Shown in pieces: positions 1 to 9,813 of a DNA stretch of 64,000 bases. Location of the stretch: sequence record PV796108.1; one strand, given 5' to 3'. The first letter of the stretch is position 1. Each line of letters begins with the position of its first letter. The notes beneath the pieces are model-generated. The model did no database searches. It saw only the letters and a program-made list of their open reading frames with translations, and was not told the DNA's origin. The position numbers and the translations under genes were made by a program.

Positions 1-1359
1 AACTGCATCAATCCATTCATCTATATGGTCTTCTTTTACAGGACTCTGTTCTAATGCTCCTGACATATTCTCAACAATAGAATAGAGGCGACGCACACTT
101 TCTTTATCCGTCACTGCTCGCATATGTCTATGTCGATAGTTCGCTTCATAATCAAGCATTTTAAAATAGTCCATAGATTGTTGTTGATACGCATCTTCCA
201 TTGCATAAACACCTTCAGTTAGGTTATTGAATAGCCACTCCTCTGTGCTACCTTGCTCTGTAGGAGGAGCCTCATTCATTTGCTCATGGAGAGAACGGAA
301 TACTTCATTACGTAAGTAAATATCATCAAGCAATCCATCTTGTACTTTTAAACGATTGTCACGATTACTAATTGTCCGAAGATTACTGGTAAACATCTCA
401 ACTTCTTCTTTGCGCTTGTCATATCCAAGTCTTAGTCCCATCAGGACATGTTCGGGTTTTAGAGTTTTACTCTTCTCGAACATAGAAAGTAAGTTGCGAA
501 TAATCTTGCTATCTTCTCCCTCTTTTGGTACGAATCCTACGCATTCTTCTAAGTAGTCAATATGATAGGACAAGTTACCAAGTTTACGTTTGCATAGCGC
601 ACCGATCTCTGTCTTAGTAACTAATCTTGTCTCTATCTCTTTCTTTTTCTTTTCTGCTTCTCTTGTTTCTTTAGCTTTTACTTGCTGTTCCAATGAACCA
701 TAATCCGTCATCACGAGCTTGTCATTTTCATACTGAGTACTTTCAAATTCTTTTGTACGTAATACGTATTCATCAGAAATCTTTTTCTCTAGTTCAGCAA
801 GTGTCTGCACCACTTCGTCTTGCTCTGATTTGTTTGGCGTCTTCCAATCCATCAGTGGACGAATCAACCCATCTTCGATAAACGACTTTGTATCTTTCAC
901 ATCATCTTGAATAGCTAATACATCTCTGTAGAGTTCGCCCTCCATTAGACCATCTATCTCACTGAAATGTGATTCTATCTCTTTAATTATTAAGCTATTC
1001 TCATGTGTAGTCGGCTCCATCAGAGCGTTTTTATAATCATCAATTGTAAGGGTACTTTTTCCTGTGAGGTCATGTAATGTCTCATTGTTTACAGGAATGA
1101 TTGTGGGTTTTAATTTTTCGTGGAATTCATCTACAACTTTATCAACCTTATCTTCGATTTTAATAATCTCTTCCCAGATATCAGGAATGATTACTTCAGT
1201 AACTTCATCTATCACTGTCTCTGGTTGTAAGTCTTCAATGATTGGAGATGTAACTCTTGACTCTCCAAATATTTCTGTTAGTTCTGGACGGTATGTTAAT
1301 ACCCATCTTTCATATGGCGTATCAATACCAGGACCATTAACTCTTTTTTCTTCCGTCAT
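1..1359 (-). CDS. Partial hypothetical protein (>=453 aa, runs off left edge), probably virion/morphogenesis
   Basis: Absent from ORF track. ATG at 1359 with AAGGAGG SD; hand translation MTEEKRVNGPGIDTPYERW... stays open to base 1. Function inferred from position only. Confidence 0.8.
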   Translation of the reverse strand, partial: MTEEKRVNGPGIDTPYERWVLTYRPELTEIFGESRVTSPIIEDLQPETVIDEVTEVIIPDIWEEIIKIEDKVDKVVDEFHEKLKPTIIPVNNETLHDLTGKSTLTIDDYKNALMEPTTHENSLIIKEIESHFSEIDGLMEGELYRDVLAIQDDVKDTKSFIEDGLIRPLMDWKTPNKSEQDEVVQTLAELEKKISDEYVLRTKEFESTQYENDKLVMTDYGSLEQQVKAKETREAEKKKKEIETRLVTKTEIGALCKRKLGNLSYHIDYLEECVGFVPKEGEDSKIIRNLLSMFEKSKTLKPEHVLMGLRLGYDKRKEEVEMFTSNLRTISNRDNRLKVQDGLLDDIYLRNEVFRSLHEQMNEAPPTEQGSTEEWLFNNLTEGVYAMEDAYQQQSMDYFKMLDYEANYRHRHMRAVTDKESVRRLYSIVENMSGALEQSPVKEDHIDEWIDAV

Positions 1360-1380
1360 ATACATCCTCCTTTATTCATA

Positions 1381-1434
1381 AAAAGAGGCAAGACATATAA
1401 GCAATGGGGGAGGAGGGTGCCCATATGTCTTGCC
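1381..1434 (-). terminator. Intrinsic terminator / attenuator hairpin
   Basis: Perfect 12-bp stem (1387-1398 / 1423-1434), 24-nt C-rich loop, followed by UCUUUU on the minus strand. Confidence 0.65.
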
Positions 1435-1511
1435 CAAGAAGGGAGAGGGAGGAAAACAAGAGGTGCTAGGCAAGACCTAGCTATATAGTAAACAGGTTTC
1501 CCTGAATTACC

Positions 1512-4436
1512 CTAGAATTTTCGTCGAGTGAACTCACGAGTAGTCCCTCTACTTCCCCAAGAGAAGGAGCTTCCTCTTCGTCTCGAACCAGTGGACACTT
1601 TTTTAAGTGGTGGTGAGCCAGGCTCATCCCATTCTACTTCGTCAGTCTTACGGAAAGACTTGAGTTGAGCGAGTGGGTCAATGAACTTCATGTTGGCAGA
1701 ACCAAATGTAGTTGCTCCTTTTACAGAATCTACAGTCTGTGCAATGTTTGGCATCTCTATAATGAAAGCAAGTAGAGATAACATGAATGCATCCAGAGCA
1801 TGTTCATCTTTATTGGAGTAAGTTGGCTCCCCTGTTTTTGCTGATATGCTTACCACTTGATAGTTAACCATTTGACGATAAATTGTTTCGTCCATTTCCT
1901 GAGTTGGAATACGAAGCATACCACGTTCTAATAGCATAACAGTTTGGTTAACCATGAACGGTTTGATTGGCTTCTTATCGAACTCACGAGAATGTGGGTC
2001 ACGAACCATATGCGAACTTCCTAAGTGGACACCTTTTACTTTATCGCCTAGTGCTTTACGAAGCATCTCGATTTGGTATTCACCTGCACCTCTATCTGGA
2101 TAGATAAACGCTGGATTGTAAATACGGTCAAGCTCGATAACCTTCTGCACGGCATTATCGTAAGTGAACTCACTCTTTGGAATTTCAATACGGTTAATAA
2201 CTTTAAATCGCCCTTCTCCAACTTGTCCCTCCCGTCGAGATTCGAATGGGTCCCATTGCGTAACTACAATCTGAGTTGCAGCTCCGAACTTGTCCCAGTC
2301 AATACCGATAGTAATTGGACTGTCGTAGATTGGACGGCTAAGGAGATGATAACCACTAGATGTGGCTTCGTCAACATAATCTTTGTTAAATACCCCAGCC
2401 ATTTCTGTACCGAACTCTGCAAGTACCTCATGCTCGTATGCCATTTCAGAATACAGGGCTTTTAACTCTTGTTCCATACCTTCATCCCACTCTGGGTTGA
2501 CCATTGTTGGGAAGTGGAATTCTTGCCAGCCTTTAACCGTTGTACGGTCATATGGTCTCGTATCGAATATAGCTTTCTCTTTATCCAATAAAGGAACTTC
2601 CTGAGATATCTTCATGTTCGGGTTTTTACAGATGTTGTAGAATGTACCACGACGACCAGTAGGTGTAGATGCACACATAATACCGATACGTTGCGGAGCC
2701 TCTAATGTGATGGCATAGATTGCCTCGAAATCTTTATCACTGAGGTAATCCACCTCATCCATGTACAACCAAGATGCTTTCTGTCCACGCATACTACCAC
2801 CCTCAGAACCAGAGCGAGTACCAGCTGTGTATAACTTAATACGAGATTTGTTTTTTAATACAATCTCATATGGGGAACGACGAATGCTTTCCACACTGTC
2901 TTTTAATACGGGGTTACCATTAATGAAGTTATTCAACTGGTCAAATATCTCACGGGCCTGTGTATCATATGGCGTCGCAACCAGACATGTTGCACCTTTC
3001 TTCAATTCCGTACCGCCATTACAAGTAAAGGCTACCCATAGCATGTGAGCTGTCATTGTCCATGTATTATGAACATATACATCTTCTACTACTAAGTTAT
3101 GAGTCTCTGGAACTGAGATATCGTAAGTTTGTTGCTCACCTTGCGATTCGATTGAGTCAACTTCTTCCCAGATAACATCACTGTGTGCTAAGTCCCATAG
3201 ATAATGATCTTGTAAGTTATTTGCATATAACTTCATTTTGTTACGGCTAGGACCGATATGAGTACGAACACGAGCGCCTTGACCTACTACGTCTTTCTTC
3301 TTGAGTCCTTTCTCTTTACGAGTCTCTTCCATATAAGACCATACTTCTTTTGGAATTGTATGTTCCATCGTATCTAAATCAGCTAGGTGCTTCATTAAAT
3401 TCATTGCTTCCTCTTTACGATGATTCATACCAATCTCTTTCATAAACATTAGCATGTCATCACGGCGAAGCATTAATAGGTGATACGAAACATATTCAAC
3501 TCCGCTAATTGTTTGTTTCTTTTCGATGAATCGTGACCAGATACCTAAGCGTAATAATAAGTGACCAATATCTCTCATTAATTGTTTGCTTACGTTACTT
3601 ACACCGATTTCACATCGTTTACCTGCGTGAATCCATCCACTTACACTGAAAAATGTTTTGAGGAATAAACGTAGTTGTTCTTTTTCTAGTTGGAAAATGA
3701 TTTGAGGAAGACCTTCTTTTTCAAATACACCATATGATTCGAATAGGTCTAATAGAGGATTACCTTCTCCTTCAACTCCTTTTACTACATGAGTTGTTTC
3801 TTTAGAGAGAATACGAGCAGCTTTACATCCAAGCTTACCCATTGTTTGTTGGAAGTCATATGCAACATCTGTGGACTTACATGAGAACGTTACATAATCT
3901 TCATTGATATTTCCGCCAGCATACATATAAGCTAGTGCTTTGATATGTGCTTCTGGAAGAACTTCATTACCGAAGAATGGTAGACTCATAGGTGTTGCGA
4001 TACGCATACCTGGTCTTACTAAGTCTACTTCTCTCCACCCATCTACTGTTAAGACAGGGTGATTACCTGTAAGTACTACTTCATGGCCTTGTTTTGTTTT
4101 TACCTTGAAGACTTCTTTTACGCCATTGTCTGACACATGGATACCAGTACCTTTAACTCCTTTGTACTTCTCATCTAGTGTTACAACCGAAAATGGTTGT
4201 TGTGATTCAAACAACTCTTGGACTGTTAAGTATGACCCAGTATCTGGATTTAAGACACGCTGATCGCCAGCTATGCATTTTCCTACACGTCGTCCACAAC
4301 GTAATACTTTACGGTGATGTGGATGACGAAGGATTTGTGCCTGATACCAGCGAGGGGCTTCACCTAAATGGTGAGCCACCCACTTTACAGGGTCATGAAA
4401 GATTTCAAACATTTCTCTATCATGACGTGTAAACAT
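1512..4436 (-). CDS. terL: Terminase large subunit (intein-containing)
   Basis: Walker A GRRVGK/T split by an intein, Walker B WLYMDEVD, ASTP motif, nuclease motifs IGIDWD and DEHALDAF. Confidence 0.95.
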   Translation of the reverse strand: MFTRHDREMFEIFHDPVKWVAHHLGEAPRWYQAQILRHPHHRKVLRCGRRVGKCIAGDQRVLNPDTGSYLTVQELFESQQPFSVVTLDEKYKGVKGTGIHVSDNGVKEVFKVKTKQGHEVVLTGNHPVLTVDGWREVDLVRPGMRIATPMSLPFFGNEVLPEAHIKALAYMYAGGNINEDYVTFSCKSTDVAYDFQQTMGKLGCKAARILSKETTHVVKGVEGEGNPLLDLFESYGVFEKEGLPQIIFQLEKEQLRLFLKTFFSVSGWIHAGKRCEIGVSNVSKQLMRDIGHLLLRLGIWSRFIEKKQTISGVEYVSYHLLMLRRDDMLMFMKEIGMNHRKEEAMNLMKHLADLDTMEHTIPKEVWSYMEETRKEKGLKKKDVVGQGARVRTHIGPSRNKMKLYANNLQDHYLWDLAHSDVIWEEVDSIESQGEQQTYDISVPETHNLVVEDVYVHNTWTMTAHMLWVAFTCNGGTELKKGATCLVATPYDTQAREIFDQLNNFINGNPVLKDSVESIRRSPYEIVLKNKSRIKLYTAGTRSGSEGGSMRGQKASWLYMDEVDYLSDKDFEAIYAITLEAPQRIGIMCASTPTGRRGTFYNICKNPNMKISQEVPLLDKEKAIFDTRPYDRTTVKGWQEFHFPTMVNPEWDEGMEQELKALYSEMAYEHEVLAEFGTEMAGVFNKDYVDEATSSGYHLLSRPIYDSPITIGIDWDKFGAATQIVVTQWDPFESRREGQVGEGRFKVINRIEIPKSEFTYDNAVQKVIELDRIYNPAFIYPDRGAGEYQIEMLRKALGDKVKGVHLGSSHMVRDPHSREFDKKPIKPFMVNQTVMLLERGMLRIPTQEMDETIYRQMVNYQVVSISAKTGEPTYSNKDEHALDAFMLSLLAFIIEMPNIAQTVDSVKGATTFGSANMKFIDPLAQLKSFRKTDEVEWDEPGSPPLKKVSTGSRRRGSSFSWGSRGTTREFTRRKF
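3066..4277 (-). mobile_element. Intein (404 aa) with degenerate LAGLIDADG endonuclease domain
   Basis: Starts at Cys54 (CIAGDQRV), has block B VLTGNHPVLT, ends YDISVPETHNLVVEDVYVHN followed by +1 Thr. Confidence 0.95.
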
Positions 4437-4949
4437 TTAAAGCACTCCTTGTCCTCGATGTGAATTCTGATTAAGAAGTCGAGCTTCTCCGCCTAGAATA
4501 CTTCGAGCGTTTATTTTACTTCCGTTGATTGCCTCTACAGATGCTTGTCTCATAGTAGCAGCACGTTGTGTATCCATGTAGTTGCCACCGACAGTTCCTC
4601 TATAGAAGTTCTTTTTGTACTCACCTTCACGTCTACGCTTCCATTCATGTCCTGCAATAACCATATCAGGAATAGTTGTAGCCGCTAAATGAGCTGTCAT
4701 TATACCAGGTGCAAAGTTCCATAGTGCAGTTTCCGCACCAGCCTTTACTAAACCTGTACCTAAATCATCTCCACCAGATACGTTCATCGCTGTACTGATA
4801 CCCATCCAAGCTAATGAACCACCTAGTCGAGGAGTCATTTTGTTACTTGATGCTGGGGCACTACTTACAAGTTGTCGCTTTGTCATAGCTTCTAACCCAG
4901 TCATATTTCCACCGCTAAAACCTTTAGCAAGGAATTTTCCAAAACTCAT
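4437..4949 (-). CDS. Hypothetical Gly/Ala-rich protein, candidate internal virion protein
   Basis: 170-aa ORF with SD, abutting terL; function is inference. Confidence 0.75.
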   Translation of the reverse strand: MSFGKFLAKGFSGGNMTGLEAMTKRQLVSSAPASSNKMTPRLGGSLAWMGISTAMNVSGGDDLGTGLVKAGAETALWNFAPGIMTAHLAATTIPDMVIAGHEWKRRREGEYKKNFYRGTVGGNYMDTQRAATMRQASVEAINGSKINARSILGGEARLLNQNSHRGQGVL

Positions 4950-4954
4950 TTACA

Positions 4955-5404
4955 TCACCCTCTTCTTTGTTTAGATAATGCAAGTGTTAAATCACCTGAA
5001 GCTCCTAATGTCGGAGCCTTACTATTTCCTACTTGGTCATAAGTTGTAGCAGGTGCTTGACCAACGTAAGTCATATCGTTTTGAGACTTGTCTATCATAT
5101 TCGAACGGATACTGTAATCACCAAATCCATATGCAGTTGCAATACCTGCTCCAGCAACTGTCGCCGCAGTAGATGGTTTATACCCAGTGTATAAGTTAGT
5201 CCAGTTCTCATCTGTCTTTGTTAATGCATTTTTGCCAATGAATTTACCAGACTTCTTTGCACCTTTGATAGATGCATCCAACATAACATCTTCGGTTTTA
5301 TGAACAGCTTTACGCAAGCTATCATTCTTAGCTGTCTGAATAAACTTGGATACATTCGTAGATGTTTTACTTGTTGCATTCTTTAAGAACTTCGCAACTC
5401 CCAT
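4955..5404 (-). CDS. Hypothetical Gly/Ala-rich protein
   Basis: 149 aa, GGAGG SD, short hydrophobic segment ATVAGAGIATAYG. Confidence 0.75.
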   Translation of the reverse strand: MGVAKFLKNATSKTSTNVSKFIQTAKNDSLRKAVHKTEDVMLDASIKGAKKSGKFIGKNALTKTDENWTNLYTGYKPSTAATVAGAGIATAYGFGDYSIRSNMIDKSQNDMTYVGQAPATTYDQVGNSKAPTLGASGDLTLALSKQRRG

Positions 5405-5417
5405 TTAAAACACCTCC

Positions 5418-6089
5418 TTATGATGTTGGAATCTTGTATCCACCTTGGAGCATTGTTCGTGCAATACCAGCTTGTTGTTGGTTATTTAATAAAGAAAGAA
5501 CCTGTTTACTTACGTTCTTATCTCCACTCAATGCTTGTTGCAAGTTCTTACCTTGCTTGTAGATACCGTTTTTACCAAGTGGATTTACAGATGTTGCACC
5601 GACAGAACGCATACCCATACGATAAGCTCCCCATCCAGCCGCACCATTGAATGCACCTGATTTCGCACCATCCCAGAAGTCCCCACCTTGCATAGCACTT
5701 GTTGTACCACCGACAACCCCACCAGTAGCAGCACCATGTAATGCATCCCTACCTAGAGCGCCCCAGAAGGTACGTCCTTCTTTCTCAAGCATCATATCTC
5801 GAATGTTACCAGTTGTACTCATTAAGTCCATAGATGACTTATCAGAACGAACTCGACCTTCTGGTAGAATACCTTGTTTAAATGCTTTACTGTAATAAGC
5901 AGACTTCTTACCAGTATTAATATAATCTGATTGTCCTCGTCCACCTCGTGTAAGATTTGTACTACCGACATTCTTAAACTGTCTTACACTATCTGCATTC
6001 ACACCAAGCTGTTCCATTCGACCCATTTGTTGTGGATTAACTTTCTTGATTACATTTTCAAGACCTTGTGCAATATTCTTTACAGCCAC
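5418..6089 (-). CDS. Hypothetical Gly-rich protein
   Basis: 223 aa, SD, glycine-zipper-like GAATGGVVGG and GAFNGAAGWG. Confidence 0.75.
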   Translation of the reverse strand: MAVKNIAQGLENVIKKVNPQQMGRMEQLGVNADSVRQFKNVGSTNLTRGGRGQSDYINTGKKSAYYSKAFKQGILPEGRVRSDKSSMDLMSTTGNIRDMMLEKEGRTFWGALGRDALHGAATGGVVGGTTSAMQGGDFWDGAKSGAFNGAAGWGAYRMGMRSVGATSVNPLGKNGIYKQGKNLQQALSGDKNVSKQVLSLLNNQQQAGIARTMLQGGYKIPTS

Positions 6090-6101
6090 TTATACCACTC
6101 C

Positions 6102-6686
6102 TTATTTAAATTTGGCGTTTCCAATCTTGTTATGTCCAAGTCTTTCATTAAACATATCAAGAGGTATTTGCCCCCAGTTGGTATATCCGTAAGCCATAGT
6201 ACCTTGGAAGTCCCTCTCTTCCTTCTGCTTTCGCATTTGGTTTTTCATCTGCTGATTTTTCATCTTAGATACTTCTACATCTTGTTGTAAGCTTTTACTC
6301 ATATCCATGATTGCAGTTAGACCAATTAAACCGAAGCCAGCGATACCTGCTGCTTTTGTATTACGGAGTTGGCTCTTGAGTTTTCCCTCATTTCTAATTC
6401 TTGTAGGTTCTGTACGTGCAGAATGTTTTGCTTCTTCTTTCACTACATCACCTACAGATACTCCCTTGTTCTGCTTATCTCCATTAGGAGAAGCCGTAGC
6501 TTCTATATCAGCAGTTGTTTTGGAACCCGACGTGAATCCTTTTTTATCAGAAGTTTGATCTTCGATTTGAATTCGTTCTCCATTAGTAGCACCTTTTATA
6601 TCTCTCTCTAGTCCATCCAACTTGTCATTAAGGTTATCAATACGATTTTTAGCATTGTTTATCTTATTGATTAAGTCCTCATTCAT
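6102..6686 (-). CDS. Hypothetical coiled-coil protein with one hydrophobic segment
   Basis: 194 aa, GAGGAGG SD, segment AAGIAGFGLIGLTAIM. Confidence 0.75.
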   Translation of the reverse strand: MNEDLINKINNAKNRIDNLNDKLDGLERDIKGATNGERIQIEDQTSDKKGFTSGSKTTADIEATASPNGDKQNKGVSVGDVVKEEAKHSARTEPTRIRNEGKLKSQLRNTKAAGIAGFGLIGLTAIMDMSKSLQQDVEVSKMKNQQMKNQMRKQKEERDFQGTMAYGYTNWGQIPLDMFNERLGHNKIGNAKFK

Positions 6687-6689
6687 GGA

Positions 6690-7391
6690 TTAGTCCTCCT
6701 CTGAATACGGAACGTCAAGTACAGGTGAAGTCATCTTACCTGAAGCCATAGCCTCCATAAGTCGAGAAGCATACGTACTTGGGTCAAGTTGAACACTAAG
6801 CTTATCTCCTGCTTTATCTTTACGAGTTGAGTTCATAAGCTCAAGAATCTTATGTCGCTTCGTCATGACTTTCTCTTTATACTCAGAAGCTTTAGAGATT
6901 TGTGGATTTGTAATCTCATCTCCACGTTCATTTACGGCAACGACAACATCTTGGATGAAGTCACCCTCGATAGCTAGACGATTCTCTGCACGGAACTGTT
7001 GAATGTCTAAGTCGATTAAATCTTTTGTAAGACCCATATCAACTACGTTTGTTTCATCTATACCAAACTCTTCAGAGTAATCTTCAAACTTTCGCAGGAT
7101 AAGAGCAATCTCAAGCGTACAACGTTCCCCATCAGGAGCATCCCCCGTTTCTACTAGTGGACAAACTTGTGCATACGGACAAGCTTCGCCACGGCATAGC
7201 ATAGGAATAGATGAGTACATACCATGTTTCGCTTCATTAGAACTCACTGTTTGACGTAAAGCTTTCATTCCCTTTTCGGAAACCTTCCAAGCTTTTGGTA
7301 AGTTAACAGTGACAAGCTTTTCTGCTTTTGGCGATAACTGATTCTCTGTACGAGATAGTTCTTTTAGTAGTTCTTGTCTACTTTCCTCCAT
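6690..7391 (-). CDS. Putative terminase small subunit (positional), Cys cluster
   Basis: First gene of the terL operon; four Cys (CRGEACPYAQVC...RC) and a helical acidic/basic C-terminus. No family motif recognised with certainty. Confidence 0.45.
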   Translation of the reverse strand: MEESRQELLKELSRTENQLSPKAEKLVTVNLPKAWKVSEKGMKALRQTVSSNEAKHGMYSSIPMLCRGEACPYAQVCPLVETGDAPDGERCTLEIALILRKFEDYSEEFGIDETNVVDMGLTKDLIDLDIQQFRAENRLAIEGDFIQDVVVAVNERGDEITNPQISKASEYKEKVMTKRHKILELMNSTRKDKAGDKLSVQLDPSTYASRLMEAMASGKMTSPVLDVPYSEED

Positions 7392-7486
7392 TAATTTCTC
7401 CCCCTTTTTTGTTTATTTATAAATAATATATAGTCAAGCTTGCTTCGAACGTAACCTTTACTTAATAAATTATCAATATTTTTTTA

Positions 7487-7516
7487 TTGACATTTGGAAA
7501 TTATCTATCATATAAA
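7487..7516 (+). promoter_or_regulatory. SigmaA-like promoter
   Basis: TTGACA-N18-TATAAA in an intergenic region. Confidence 0.45.
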
Positions 7517-7903
7517 AGGTACTTCACGGCGGGTGCCCCTACCATTGTTCCTACATCGTGTACCTTTTCTACATGAAAAAGGAGACCTCCGTCATAGAAG
7601 TCTCCAGATAAAAAAAGAAAAAGAACCCTGCTACCAACAAGGTCCTTCTCTCTACAAAATTAGCGAATTAGTTTGTAAAATATTTAAGAATAAGCCCCAT
7701 TAAAAAGAAAATCGAACTAAAGGAATGATATGGCTATCGCCACAATAACCACATCTCTAATATAGCATAGCACTATATCTATGTAAATAGAAAAGAGCCT
7801 CTTTTCCAGAGAGACTCTCAACTAAACCAATATCATAAAAAATATGAAAGGAGTTAATCAACCAATGCTCTTATAGAGTATCCATTAGAATATTAATTGT
7901 CAA

Positions 7904-9016
7904 CTACTGTTTTAAAGGAGGGACATCAAGCCATAGCTTACGTATGGAGTGGTTCCCCGTATCAGCGAATAGATAACCTGAACCGTCCCAGATAAAGTCA
8001 ATTGGATAATCCATCTTTGCACTACCCTCAATACCATCTTTATATCCACGTTCACTACCTGCAACAAGGAATGCTTCATTCTTAGGTCCACCTTTAGGGT
8101 CTTTATATACCATAGACTTATACTGGTTCTCCCATACTACATAATACAATGCATTGTCTTGTCCTATCCATACATCACTCATAGAAGCAGTAGGGTCTTT
8201 CCAACGTACAATCTCTTTAGTCTCTCTTGGAGATAGTGTTATACGTATTATATATCCATTCTTAGTACTTACGTATATTTCATTATCCTTTACAAAGAAG
8301 TTATAAGGGTCTGGATATGATTCCGCCCCCGTCACTTGTTTCATCTCTCTTGTATCTAAGTCATACGTAAAGAATTGGAACTGATAGCTTTTACCCAGCG
8401 CCAGGATATAGAGTTTATTCCCTACACCTTTCATACGATAGATAGCATCCATCTGATTACGTTTTAATGTTTCCATAATACGTCTATCTAACTGATACAA
8501 CTCTTTATCTTTAACGGTATAGACTTCTTTTGTAGTAGCTAGATATACTTTATCAGTTACATACAATCCAGAAGCTATATCTGAAGTTTCTTTCGTCCGA
8601 GGTGTTCCACTTATATCTACAATGGTTTCTATGTTCTTACCATTATACATACGAAGTTTAGCTTCTCCGTGGTTACCATCTATGAACCAAATGTTTTTAT
8701 TCTTATCTATCTGTAGTTTACGAGGGTTAGCCATAGAGTTACTGTCTTGGTTAGCTGTCCCCGTACCTAGTATAGTAGATACTTCTTGGTCTTTACCTTT
8801 ACTAACTTTCTTTCCTTGTGGTTGTCCGCCCTGTACTGGCTTCCACCAGCTTTCCTCTTGGGCAGGGTACTCAAATGTACCATCACTGACTGTCTCTTGT
8901 TTAGCGGGCTGCTGGGACTGTTTAACGAGTTCCTCTGCTGTAGCAGGACTTACTGTTCCGCCTAGCGAAGGTATTAATAAAGTCAGAGCCATCCACGCTG
9001 AATTTACTATATTCAT
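7904..9016 (-). CDS. Secreted NHL-repeat (beta-propeller) protein
   Basis: N-terminal signal peptide ending ...PATA/EE; NHL-type blades ANPRKLQIDKNKNIWFID and GYKDG...DYPIDFIWDGSGYLFADTGNHSIRKL. Confidence 0.75.
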   Translation of the reverse strand: MNIVNSAWMALTLLIPSLGGTVSPATAEELVKQSQQPAKQETVSDGTFEYPAQEESWWKPVQGGQPQGKKVSKGKDQEVSTILGTGTANQDSNSMANPRKLQIDKNKNIWFIDGNHGEAKLRMYNGKNIETIVDISGTPRTKETSDIASGLYVTDKVYLATTKEVYTVKDKELYQLDRRIMETLKRNQMDAIYRMKGVGNKLYILALGKSYQFQFFTYDLDTREMKQVTGAESYPDPYNFFVKDNEIYVSTKNGYIIRITLSPRETKEIVRWKDPTASMSDVWIGQDNALYYVVWENQYKSMVYKDPKGGPKNEAFLVAGSERGYKDGIEGSAKMDYPIDFIWDGSGYLFADTGNHSIRKLWLDVPPLKQ

Positions 9017-9079
9017 TTATACACCACTCCTTATGATATATAGTATAGTCCAAATTTATGTAATTTATGCAAATGTTTC

Positions 9080-9108
9080 TTGAAGTTTTCTGAAAAAATG
9101 GATACGAT
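9080..9108 (+). promoter_or_regulatory. SigmaA-like promoter at the strand switch
   Basis: TTGAAG-N17-TACGAT directly upstream of the SD of 9129. Confidence 0.5.
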
Positions 9109-9128
9109 TTAAGAAAGGAGGGGTATAC

Positions 9129-9332
9129 ATGCAGAAATTTAGCTTTGCTGGTAGGTACATTGTACTTGTATCAGACAACGAAGGTGTATTCAAAGTAGAA
9201 TCTTTCTACAATGAGTTCTATCCGCCACTTACGGTTTATGAGGGGAACAACATTTATGAAGCATGGAAAGTAGTGATGGACCACACAGGTTATGAAACCA
9301 TCTTACCCAAAGAACTGGAGCAATATCTATGA
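9129..9332 (+). CDS. Hypothetical protein
   Basis: 67 aa, AAGGAG SD. Confidence 0.7.
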   Translation: MQKFSFAGRYIVLVSDNEGVFKVESFYNEFYPPLTVYEGNNIYEAWKVVMDHTGYETILPKELEQYL

Positions 9333-9446
9333 GTAAGTTAATCCACCACTTCGAAGATTCTATGGACAACATCATTAGGGATTACCGTAGACGTTTCTTA
9401 AAGTCTTTGGGTAGTAAACGATAGAGCAATAAAGGGAGGAAGTTTA

Positions 9447-9812
9447 ATGCTAGAGGAGTTAGGATACAGAGATGCGGAACTTCTTGAAGTAGAAGAAGAG
9501 TTTGTTTTAAATAACAACATTGAGTTCAAAACATTTATGGCAAAGGTTGTACCAATGGAGAAGTATAAAACAGCTACATGGGATATAGATGGCTCAATCG
9601 TACCTATTACGTATGAGAAACCACCAGTATACTTTGAATATGTAAAGGATGAACCACCTAACATAGCAGAATTAGTAGCTACATGGTGGCATGGTGGTGG
9701 GCTTTGGAAAGATATGGAGTGGAGAGACATCTACACGATTAACTTCACTGATGAAGAACGATATCGTGCTAATAGCATCATTCTTACTCTCATCTCAGAT
9801 GGGTGGGGTTGA
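9447..9812 (+). CDS. Hypothetical protein
   Basis: 121 aa, GGAGG SD. Confidence 0.7.
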   Translation: MLEELGYRDAELLEVEEEFVLNNNIEFKTFMAKVVPMEKYKTATWDIDGSIVPITYEKPPVYFEYVKDEPPNIAELVATWWHGGGLWKDMEWRDIYTINFTDEERYRANSIILTLISDGWG

Positions 9813-9813
9813 T

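Noticed and set aside
356-1381. Plus-strand track ORFs 356, 693 and 1064
   Set aside because: They are antisense shadows of the long minus-strand CDS 1-1359 and have no SD.
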